Origin: Podarcis bocagei
Lineage: Eukaryota
Assembly: GCA_964188305.1 (NCBI GenBank)
Contig: OZ076887.1
Reading direction: 5' to 3' (one strand)
Length of the DNA stretch: 64,000 nucleotides
The position numbers and the translations under genes are program-made. The notes below the pieces were generated by a model, which saw only the letters and a list, made by a program, of their open reading frames with translations, was not told the DNA's origin and did not search any database. Shown piece by piece: positions 12,643 through 22,699 of the stretch (position 1 is the stretch's first letter; each line of letters starts with the position of its first letter).

Positions 12643-12677
12643 GCCCTCAGGGTCCTTCCAACTCTATGATTCTAAGA
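12643..12677 (+). mobile_element. CR1 LINE/SINE 3' tail fragment
   Basis: ggtccttccaactctatgattcta is the CR1 3' terminal motif. Confidence 0.55.
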
Positions 12678-13502
12678 AGTGGCAAGGAGAAATATCCTTT
12701 AATAGATTCAGTCTTGTTTCTTGGAACAACTAGTCTTTGGCAAGCTGTCCTAAGAGCCTCTTGCATATAAGTATTAAAAGCTTAAGTCTTATAAATGAAT
12801 TGGTGTGGGGTTTCATTAAAGGTAGAAAACAAAGAGACTAAGCACAGAACTTTGTTTCATTGTTAAGGTTCACCTCACTAGAATATTTTCTCTTTAACTG
12901 AAACTACCAAGCTTTATTTCTTCCTTTCACCCAACTGAAAAACTATTTATTTGAGCAGGGGTATGATAAAAAAAAAGTTCACGTCTTCCCCTTGGGCTAT
13001 AACAGTTTATGTGCTCTTTAAACACATGAATACCGCATATGCAGCAAATTACAGCTGTCTCCAGTCAAGCCTATAATGGAAGTGATTTCATGCCAAACAC
13101 ACAAGCCCTCAACGATGGCTAAGTGTACGGTATAAAAAGCAGGACTTTACCATTGACTGCATTGATGTGTTTGTCACTGGCAATTCTAACACATACAACA
13201 ATGGAGGGTGAAGCAGAAAATGTGGAGAGGCAAGGAGTGGCTAAGTGTTGTGTGGCTGAAACTTTGTCCCAGCCTTGTATTTGATTTGTGATGGTTTGGC
13301 AAGTCAGGTCACTTCATCTAGCCCAGCACCTTGGTTGCCCAAAAGCTTGTTTAACTTATGAAAGAATGGTTAATTCATTGTTAGTGGACCTGTTTATATG
13401 ATATTGTAGTTTTTGAATATTGTTGTTTTTTCTGTTTATTTTTAATACTTTGTTCCCCATTCTGGGCTTCAAAATATTCAGTGAAGAGCAGGTTATACAA
13501 TA

Positions 13503-13552
13503 TAAAATAAAATAAAATAAAATAAAATAAAATAAAATAAAATAAAATAAAT
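13503..13552. repeat. (TAAAA)n microsatellite
   Basis: About 10 tandem taaaa units. Confidence 0.95.
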
Positions 13553-13802
13553 AGCTAGCAGGGCATCTGGACAATAGCATTACTATTGTCTTCAGTATCT
13601 AGAGATACAATGGCACTGAAGATGGAGGTTTGGGGAGCTGGAGCTGACTGAAAATTTGATAGGAGTGGACTTGTAACATCCACACTTCTAGATGTACCCC
13701 TTTTTTGAAGTCTTTGACTTCCTTCTGTCATGGAAAAAATCCATGACTAGTTCTAAGAGAAATTTGATTTTAAAATGTACCAATAGTTAAGCCTAATGGT
13801 CT

Positions 13803-14400
13803 GGACACAGGTGGCGCTGTGGTCTAAACCACTGAGCCTCTTGGGCTTGTCGATCAGAAGGTTCCGAAAGAGTGAGCTCCTGTTGCTCTGTCCCAGCTTC
13901 TGCCAACCTTGCAGTTCGAAAGCACACTAGTGCGAGTAGATAAATAGGGACCACGTCGGCGGGAAGGTAAATGGTGTTTCCATGCACTCTGGCTTCTGTC
14001 AGTGTTCTGTTGTGCCAGAAGTGGTTTAGTCATGCTGATCACATGATCCAGAAAGCTAGTGAGAATTCCTAGGTAAGATCCTCCCTCTATTGTGTGGGCA
14101 GGTAATCCCTCCCCTACCTGGCCTGGTCTCCTTGGCAACGCTTCCCCCAGGTGGGATTGGACAGCTGACTGAGGTAGGCGGAGACCTCCAGGTATCCCAC
14201 CTGAGGGAAGGCAAAGCCAAGGCTATGCTGTAGGAGCCGCTCCAGATCTAGGGGCTGCACGCGTCCACGCAAAGGGCGCCCCCCGTTTAAGCGGGGAGCG
14301 GTCATTGTGGACATACGCTGGCTGCCTTGGCCAGAGGTGAGATGACCCATAGTCACCTTTGACTGGACTTAACCATCCAGGGGTCCTTTACCTTACCTTA
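13803..14400 (+). mobile_element. Sauria SINE (second subfamily) interrupted by a ~250-bp insert
   Basis: Head ggtggcgctgtggtctaaaccactgagcctcttggg, as in the 58926 copy, and tail ggggtcctttaccttacc. Segment 14058-14306 is absent from the 58926 copy. Confidence 0.9.
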
Positions 14401-14664
14401 CTGGCCTGGACTGATTTTCCATATTTACAGCATTATAATTTTAAAAAATGTGTAGAATGCCCTTTTTTATTTTGCTGCTTTAGCACGTCTGACATAGTTC
14501 TTCACATTCAAGAAAAATCCTAAACTTTAATGTTGCTCAACAAGACAGTCTTCTAAACATGTGAAAATCCTGAATGCACTCTTAAACTATATGAAAGTAA
14601 TATGTATTATATAGCCTTGTTTTTATATGAAAATATATGTTAATGTTAATGGTTCTCCTCCTCC

Positions 14665-14815
14665 TTTCAACCTCACAACCTTATAATAAGCCTGTGAATT
14701 AGGTTTGGCTGGGAGATGTTCACTGGCCCAAGGTCACCCAGTGTGGTTCATGGCTGAATGGAAATTTAAACGCTGGTGCCCTAGATCCAACCCAACTCTC
14801 TAACCACTATACTGT
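14665..14815 (-). mobile_element. Old MIR/Squam3-like tRNA SINE fragment
   Basis: ggcccaaggtcacccag core and taaccactata (reverse A-box region), similar to 53903-54147. Confidence 0.6.
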
Positions 14816-15038
14816 ACTGAATTCTTGTTGCAATGAGGCTTCTAAGTGTGTTGAACCAAATGAATGGAAAACACACACAACCCTTTAGACCTTCCCACTC
14901 AATGCAGCTAGGCCAGGAGTGGAACGAGTGGGGCCAGGACAAATGGGATGTTGTGAGCAAAGCTGCCATATATGTCCTCACAACTTCCTCTCAAGGATTC
15001 CTTGTTGAGGCACAAAGCCTGAACACAGCTTATAACTA

Positions 15039-15440
15039 CAGTGGTACCTCTGGTTAAGAGCTTAATTCGTTCTGGAGGTCCAGTGGCGTAGCGTGGGTTG
15101 TCAGCACCCGGGGCAAGGCAAGTAATTTGCGCCCCCTAACCCGTGGATTTGCGCCCCCTAACTCATGTATTTGCGCCCCCTAACCCTAACCCCCAGATGT
15201 TGCGCCCGGTGTGGTCGGCCCCCCCTGCACCCCCCACGCTACGCCACTGTGGAGGTCCGTTCTTAACCTGAGGTACCACTTTAGCGAATGGGGCCTCCCA
15301 TTGCTGCTGCGCTGCTGGCGCACGATTTCTGTTCTCATCCTGAGGTAAAGTTCTTAACTCAAAGTACTACTTCTGAGTTTGTGGAGTCTGTAACCTGAAG
15401 TGTATGTAACCCGAGGTGTCTGTAACCCGAGGTACCACTG
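15039..15440 (+). mobile_element. Tigger-like MITE carrying a nested hAT MITE
   Basis: ta|cagtggtacct...aggtaccactg|ta. Body matches the 904 and 16957 copies once 15081-15257 is removed. Confidence 0.92.
15081..15249. mobile_element. hAT-type MITE
   Basis: TIR cagtggcgtagcgtggg...cccacgctacgccactg and perfect 8-bp TSD tggaggtc (15073-15080, 15250-15257). Confidence 0.93.
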
Positions 15441-16956
15441 TAATGTGAATTAAGGCTGTTTTCAGCCAACTCATTGCACTAGCATAAGCCTGCATAAGGA
15501 TTCCCACCAGTGCAATAGGAATTCCCTGCTTCCTCCTCTGCATGAACCCTACACCATCCCCAAATCTGTTCTGGAGGAGTGGGGGAGCTCCCAGAACAGA
15601 TTGGGGTTTTTTTTGGGGGGGGGAATACATGATTTGGCTAACACTGAGTTAGGGGGTGGGATGTGTGGGTTTCCTTTCATGCCTCTTTACCTGTTTTTCA
15701 AGCAGTGTGTGCCTCCTTTGCTGTTTATAGGCAGGCCTTGCCCCACAATCTGTGTTTTAAGCATTTAGGCAGATCTGCCACTGTCAGGCTTAACAGAGAG
15801 CTTGCAATGAAAGAGTGGTAAAAAGAAAATCTCACCAATTAAGCATTTTTGCTTTTAGAAGGACAGGAGACTGCACGATGAATGTTAAGTATTCCTGGGT
15901 ATGCTCTCCTCAGTGGGCTTCTTTAGCTCTGGCAATCATCTATTATCTATCCACATGCCTATTTTCTCTATCACAGAAGGGAACCATCACAGAACTTTTC
16001 CTGCTGAACTACCTTAGTTGCTTGGGAAATCAGTTAGTGTCCTAATTAAGTTATTGCTTTACAAATCTTTTCACTTCCTCCAATACAGTGTCTCAACTAT
16101 TCAGTCTTCCCCTTCACGGAAATCTCCTTAGGGAAGTCTTCTCAGCACTTCTTTTGTTACCTGCAGATTTTGCATATTCAAATACCTGCCCAAACTGTTC
16201 ATCCCCTTGGTATCAACAAGGATGACTCACTGACTCTGTTTAGTTACAGTCCTCACACGTAAGGAAGGGGAAAGCTTCAAAAAACTAGGCTACAAGCCAG
16301 TTCTTGTAAGTCATCCATAGTCCCTGTATCCCCACATCTACGCAGTTTTGTCTTTTCTCTTCCTGATCACTGGTCTCTTTCTTGATGTTCAGGTTCAATA
16401 CACTGTCAGGTTAAGATCTAGGCTGAATGACCCCCTCCCCTCTCCCTACTCACAAAACAAAAACAAAACAACATTATAGGAAAAGGAAGCATTTGCCTGC
16501 CTCTGAAAGGGATTAAAATAGAGATTGTCTCTCAGGAAATTTTTTTTGTATATCTGTATCAAAGAAAAATCTTTGAAGATATATTTGTCAAATTAGTCAT
16601 TCAGTGATTCAAAATAAAATATCCCTTTCCTTTTATATATATATTGTTGAACTAGTCTGTAAGATTTTACAGGAAGATTACAGGAATGTTGCTTTTTATA
16701 TCTCCACTCTCATAATTGCAGTGCACACTAAACAAGATATTGTGGTGTTCATTATTGCTGGTTTCTCCCTTTCCTTGGAGTATCAAGTTCACATCCTGAA
16801 GCCTGCACTGTGTTTTTATACCGTTGAGCAAATTTCTCTATTCAGACTCTGTATAAAAAATGGCAGTTACATTGACCATCCTCATTTATTAATTTATTTT
16901 AAAATGTCTTATTTGTAGAGAAGAACTCAACATGGTAGATGTTACAACAAACATTA

Positions 16957-17198
16957 CAGTGGTACCTCTGGTTACGAATTTAATTAGTTCCGGAGGTCCA
17001 TTCTTAACCTGAAACTGTTCTTAACCTGAGGTATCACTTTAGCTAATGGGGCCTCCCGCTGCCGTTGTGCCGCCGCTGCGCGATTTCTGTTCTCATCCTG
17101 AGGTAAAGTTCTTAACCTGAGGTACTACTTCCAGGTTAGTGGAGTCTGTAATCCGAAGTGTTTTTAATCCGAGGTTTTTGTAACCCAAGGTACCACTG
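16957..17198 (+). mobile_element. Tigger-like MITE
   Basis: ta|cagtggtacct...aggtaccactg|ta, same family as 904. Confidence 0.92.
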
Positions 17199-17524
17199 TA
17201 CTTTGCATATTAAAAGTATCATATAAATAATAATGATAAATTGTACAACAGTGGAACATGTCAATCAACAATATGATGAACATCATGAAATATAATCAAC
17301 ATTCAAAGATGAATAAGTTGTTTGCTTCTACATGTTTAGAGCTTGACACAATGGACTTGCTTCTTACTTCTCTGTGGAACGCACTCTGTATTACTGGTAG
17401 TAAAATATGAAGAGGAGCTCCAGCTGTGGCAGGCACAGATGTAATAATATAAATAGCTTTTCTCTCTCATCACTAATCTGTGATGCCATTATCCCAACAA
17501 GACTGCTCCTGAATGCATGGGAGC

Positions 17525-18196
17525 TGTCCCAGGTGAGGGCTAACCAGGAGCGATGATAAAGCCTGTCCCTGACTCCCTCAGCAACACCATGCTTAGCCCT
17601 GGGATGGCAGACTCTAGTGAAGGAAGGGAAGGAAGGAAGGCGAAGGGGGCTGGAATAGATGTTACCCCTTCCCTCAGTCTGTCACCATCTGGTTCCAGTT
17701 TAAAGACAGGACTTCCAACTCCCTCCCTTCCTGAAGAGAAAGTTGCTAGAATCTAGGGAGGACTCTGAGCAGCAGCATGGCATGGCTGACCAGGATTCAG
17801 TGGGATGGGGAGGGAGAAGGCAGGTCTAACACTCTCCCAAGACCTGGTGCTGCCTCTGGAGGAGGGGGTGAATGCATCCACCTAGATGCAGTGCTCCCTT
17901 GCAGGTCAGCTACTCATCCAAGGACATGTGCCTTGGCTTTAAAACTTGGTGAGTGGGCATGGACAGCTTGTTGGAACAACTCCACACTTGGGCCATCTTG
18001 AACTTCTTGTTCTTGGACCTTGAACTTGTGAACCTTGGCCTTGCCCCTAGACTGGGCTCAACCACACCATTCCTTCACCTTGCTAGAGTGCTGGGACTGT
18101 GATAAATCTGTGCTGCTACTCTGCCCCAATAAAGATCTGGTTCATACTTGCACATTAGAGCATCTGCTGTTGTGCTTTGGGAGAGGAGGCAGGACA
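17525..18196 (+). mobile_element. Decayed solo LTR (Gypsy-like)
   Basis: tgtcc...ggaca inverted termini, TATA-like tttaaaa near 17940, aataaa at 18128. TSD not preserved. Confidence 0.65.
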
Positions 18197-19383
18197 AATC
18201 TGGTACTACTGTTTGGTGCAGTGCTGAAATTGAAGGAAAGAGGTTCGCCTTTGACAGAGAGCTAGGCAGATAAAATGTTAAACAGTCAGATCAGTCAGAA
18301 TTATGGATATGAAATCAAACTGTTAGCAGGAAAATTGTGAAATGCACTTTTTTGGGGGGAGAGCTGCTTGCCCATCCTCATGAAGGAAAGGGGGAGTGAT
18401 GCGCAAATCTGTGCATGTGAACTCTGAAATAAGTCCCACTATTGTCAACAGGGCTTACTCCCAAGTAAGTATGCAGAGGCTTGAAGCCTGAAAATGGCTT
18501 GAAGCCCCTACCCCATCCCCGGGCTTTATTTCCAGTTGTAGAGTCTAGCTGGGTTGAAAAACAACCTGGGAAATATTTACATTAGGAATTAGTGGGTAGG
18601 AAGAGGATTAGATTCCTCTCCCTATTTTCCGATTGTTCCTTGCCTGTCCTCTGTTCCCCCTTCTGAATCCAAGCTATTTTGACAAAGACAGGTTTGAGAA
18701 CACACATTTGCTGAGATAGTTCTATCCTGAGTGTGGATTTGCTGGGTTGTATTTCCTTTTCAACAACTGCAGTGTTCATACTCTTCAAACCACTTATTCC
18801 AAAATGGCAAAGCCCATGTGAACTGCGAATTTCAGACTTTGTAGGATAGCGCCTTACATAAAATCATGTTATTCATTGCTGGGTTTCTTCCAAAGTCTCC
18901 TCTCTGCTTCCTTAGCCACCGCCTGTCACTCTATGTGTGTATGTTTTCCAGCTTGAGCTATTGTTTCTGTTCTCTCACTGGATGAGTGATCAAACACTCA
19001 TTGCATAAACAGTCTTGCATGCAAATTTAAACTGCATTGTCAAAGAATACTTATTCATGTGATTTTGAAATTTTCTCCTCCAAGAGCTTGTAAAGTTCAA
19101 TCACATGAACATTTCACAGAAAACAAGCACAAAGAATTCCTGAGAATGACTGGAACAAACTCATTTGAAAATTAAAGTGACTATAAATTGATTTTATTTT
19201 GATCACCCAGTACTATTATATGCTACTCAGTGCTAAGATATATTTTCATGCAATTTAGAAGCTTACAAGTTAAGAGTATGTAAACATAAGAAAACCATAA
19301 AAGACTCAGCAGTAATTTTAGTTCCTAAGCTTTGGCTCACAGAACAAAGTTCAATCATATATTTATTGCGTGGTTCTCTTAAT

Positions 19384-19519
19384 CAGACATGATCAAACCT
19401 GGCCCTTCAGATGTTTTGGGACTACAATTCCCATCATCCCTGACCACTGGTCCTGTTAGCTACAGATGATGGGAGTTGTAGTCCCAAAACATCTGGAGGG
19501 CCAAGTTTGGCCATGCTTG
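19384..19519. mobile_element. Palindromic hAT MITE
   Basis: Near-full hairpin (cagatgttttgggactacaattcccatc / gatgggagttgtagtcccaaaacatctg) with imperfect TSD ctcttaat/tcttaaat. Same family as 21389. Confidence 0.88.
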
Positions 19520-19722
19520 TCTTAAATGATTGACTACGGCAATATCACACTGAAGAAGGTAAAACCCAGTGAAGTCAATGGGATTTAGTCCAATGGCTAC
19601 TAGCCACAATAGCTATGTTTTATCTCCTCTGTCAATCACCCATCTCCTATGACCCTTCTGAGAAAAACCCCATCTCACCCTCCCACTATATATAAGGGTC
19701 TGGTGACTTCTGTTTCAGTGTA

Positions 19723-19940
19723 CAGTGATACCTCGGTTGTGGACGGGATCCGTTCTGAAGCTCCGGTCGGATCCCAAGGTTTCTGCAACTGGAGGTGCCT
19801 GTTCTGCGTGCACGCGCAGCGTGATAAAACGCTACCGCACATGTGCTCGGGGTGAAACCCAGAAATATACTTTGGGGTTTGCTGCGTGCGTATCCCAAAG
19901 GCTATGTAACAAAAGGGGCACGTAAGTAGAGGTACCACTG
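19723..19940. mobile_element. Tigger-like MITE (different internal sequence)
   Basis: ta|cagtgatacctc...gaggtaccactg|ta, CpG-rich interior. Confidence 0.85.
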
Positions 19941-19977
19941 TATCTGAAGAAGTGTGCATGCACATGAAAGCTTATAT
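19940..19977 (+). ncRNA. Minimal type-I hammerhead ribozyme motif (Penelope-associated, partly decayed)
   Basis: CUGAAGA at 19944-19950, stem II gtgtgc-at-gcacat, GAAA at 19966-19969, then gc-UU, stem I gtat/atat. Confidence 0.65.
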
Positions 19978-21165
19978 CCAGAACAAACTTAGTTGGCCTC
20001 TAAGGTGCTACTGGACAATTTATTATTATTTCTTTATTAATTTTGACTCCTCTGTCACAGGCAGTCTACCTCTGAATAGCACCAATGTCTGGGACTCACA
20101 AATGGGGAGAGGGCTATTTCACTCAAATACTGTTGTGGTATAATTTCACCCCAGTACAGGGTTTGTCAGACTTGTTCCTGGTAAGAGATAGGTAAATGCC
20201 CTTCTCATTATTTCCACCCATGGGTGCCACAACCTGAGATGTGATTTAAAAAAAAAGTGCAAAGTGATGTGCGAATGTGGAAAACAGAACCTGAGAACCT
20301 GATAAAAACCAAAACTGACATATTCCCTTCCCCTCCCTTTTCATGTTTTATGATGGAGTAAATGAGCACAAATGTGTCTGTGGGGCAGCATGGTTCCTCC
20401 CTGTCCCACACACATTTATTTGGAACATGTGTAGAAAGCTCCAGCCCATAAAGCTGCATTAACACCTAGAAATCAGTGGAACAGCCTCTCTCTGCAATGA
20501 CACTCCCCCATGTGCATTAATTTAGTCCCCATGACATATGAAAAGGGCTCATGTCTCCGAAATTGATGCGGTAACTGATCAACCAAACACCTGATGCATC
20601 TCTGGGCTGTGCCAGCTTTGGCTTGATGGATAAAGGCTGCTGGAAGAGATTCTAAGAATTCTGCCTTGTATTGATTCACAGCAGCTATTAGCATTATAGC
20701 CATATGGAGAAGAACATGAAATGGGCATCAACTGAAAATGGAGTTTAGCCTTTAACTTTGAGATCTCAGAATGACCTGGATTGAATGATATTTGGGATTT
20801 GTTTCAGCTAGAAAAATCAGTTGCTTATGAAGTTAACTTTCAATTTCTGCTTTCCACACAGTCTGTGCCACATCATGTTAGCATAACTATTAGTCATTAC
20901 ACACACATAGACGTACATTTATTCAGTACCCAAGGATAATAAAATGTGATGTTGTCCTATCCTGTTAGGGTAGGTTTCTAAAGGGCAACAACCCAGTAGG
21001 GTTACTTGAAACAAGGTGAGTTATATAATATTTCAGTATAGTTCATGGAAATAGAACTGAAGAATGTTGATTCATCTTTCACAAAACAAAGCATTTATAT
21101 TGCTCATGTCTGGTATTCATGCCCTATAAATAATATCACTTTTTTTTAAACAATAACCCTGAAAA

Positions 21166-21316
21166 ATAGTCAAAATAAGAAAAATTCCTTCCAGTAGCAC
21201 CTTAAAGACCAACTAAGTGCACACGAAAGCTCATACCAAGAACTAACTTAGTTGGTCTTTAAGGTGCTACTGGAAGGAATTTTTCTTATTTTGACTATGG
21301 CAGACCAACACGGCTA
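21166..21316 (+). mobile_element. Penelope-like insertion with 5' inverted segment
   Basis: Perfect 53-bp inverted repeat (21166-21218, 21246-21298). Spacer holds cacgaaagctcatacc, the 3' half of the hammerhead. Direct repeat cctgaaaaatag at 21158-21169 and 21317-21328. Confidence 0.85.
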
Positions 21317-21388
21317 CCTGAAAAATAGGTAAGCATTATCCCTATATTACAGGAGCAGGAGCTGAGGGAAGAGTAGCTTGCCTTAGGC

Positions 21389-21524
21389 CAGGCATAGGCA
21401 AACTCCGGCCCTCTAGATGTTTGGGACTACAATTCCCATCATCCCCGACCACTGGTCCTGTTAGCTAGGGATGATGGGAATTGTAGTCCCAAACATCTGG
21501 AGGGCCGGAGTTTGCCTGTGCCTG
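21389..21524. mobile_element. Palindromic hAT MITE
   Basis: TIR caggca(t/c)aggcaaactccggccctc and perfect 8-bp TSD ccttaggc (21381-21388, 21525-21532). Confidence 0.93.
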
Positions 21525-21604
21525 CCTTAGGCTGTAGTTGTATATTACACTTATTGGGGATTTACCATGAAATTTAGTGGGATGTGCTCCTGAATATACA
21601 TGCA

Positions 21605-21965
21605 TTTTTGTTGTTTGCATCCATCTGTCTCGAGAGACAATGGAGTGTGCCTCCAGGGCTGAAGTCAAACCACTGCATTAGCAGCACCAAAGTGACCTCC
21701 CTGGGGTGCAAGCCTGGACAGTATGTATGGAGGTCGCTTGCTGCCCAGATGACCAGACTCACTGATGGAGTCCAAAGGAAAGCAGAGCAAGACATTTGCC
21801 ACCAATCTTGGCTGCAGGAGTTGCCAGAAAGAGGCGTACATGACACCATTCAACCGTTTTAGGGACTCCGTTCCAGACTTGTGTAGGGTTTACTCCTTAG
21901 CCTTTTCTTCTCCTGAAGATATCCCACAAAGCACCAGAGGTTTAGGATCAGAGGGTTCCTTCTCC
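21605..21965 (-). mobile_element. Non-autonomous RTE-related retroelement
   Basis: Minus strand starts ggagaaggaaccctctgatcctaaacc (RTE 5'UTR-like) and ends gagacagatggatgcaaacaacaa. A second partial copy lies at about 30696-30850. Confidence 0.6.
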
Positions 21966-22040
21966 AGATCCCAGAAGGTACCACCAAGGCAGCAGGTTCA
22001 GAGGAGACAGCAGACATGCATAGGATTGTACTATAAGGCT

Positions 22041-22672
22041 CAGGGCCATCTTTAGCATATGTGCCGCCGGGATGCAAAGATCTGCCCAGCACCCCCAAAT
22101 TTAGTTTAGCCCCCCAATTAACTTTTATTATGCTTATGGCAGACACCACACCTTTTTTAAATGATTTCTCTAAACGAATTAGAACTGTAAGTGATGAAAT
22201 TAAAACACAATTTGCAATGTTTCACTCGGGGTCAGCGGCAACTTTGACACGGCTGATCTCGTATGGCTTGCATGCAGGCGGCAGGCAGGCGGCGGAAAAT
22301 CAGTTGTGTCAAAGCTGCTGCTGACCTCTCTTGCTGCATAGCAGCTCAATACAATATGTAACATAATATTTTGTAAGAGTTAATTCCGTGTGCAAGGCGC
22401 CGTTGAGAATGACAAGTGCCGCCGCTAGCGTGGCGCGTCTTTGGTAAATGAGCGCACGAAGTCTAAAGTCCTCTAGTGTAACAGTAGGTATACATTTCGG
22501 TAATACCTAGGTATATATGTGTTTTGTTTTTCTAGCTTGATCAAAATTATTATTTGATAACAGGTAGATAGTTAAGAGCTTGGGTGGCTTCAGTGGTGGG
22601 TGCCTGGTGCCCCCCAGAATTTGGCACCCGGGTGCCCCACATCCCTTGCACCCCCAGGTATAGACGGCCCTG
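22041..22672. mobile_element. Non-autonomous hAT transposon, 632 bp
   Basis: TIR cagggcc(a/g)tct and perfect 8-bp TSD ataaggct (22033-22040, 22673-22680). Confidence 0.92.
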
Positions 22673-22699
22673 ATAAGGCTGCCTAGTGGGCTCTCACAA

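Larger units (their letters stand above)
19630..20048 (+). mobile_element. Penelope-like element pseudo-LTR fragment, interrupted by a MITE
   Basis: tatataag TATA, hammerhead motif and acttagttgg..taaggtgctactgga end shared with 21246-21298. Confidence 0.75.

Noticed and set aside
14160-14190. ctgactga as a hammerhead core, and tccacgc at 14264 as an HDV L3 loop
   Set aside because: No GAAA or stem II geometry for a hammerhead, and no P3/P1.1 pairing for an HDV fold.
22061-22324. 87-aa ORF inside the hAT as a transposase remnant
   Set aside because: No BED finger, DDE or dimerisation motif, and it overlaps the internal hairpin.
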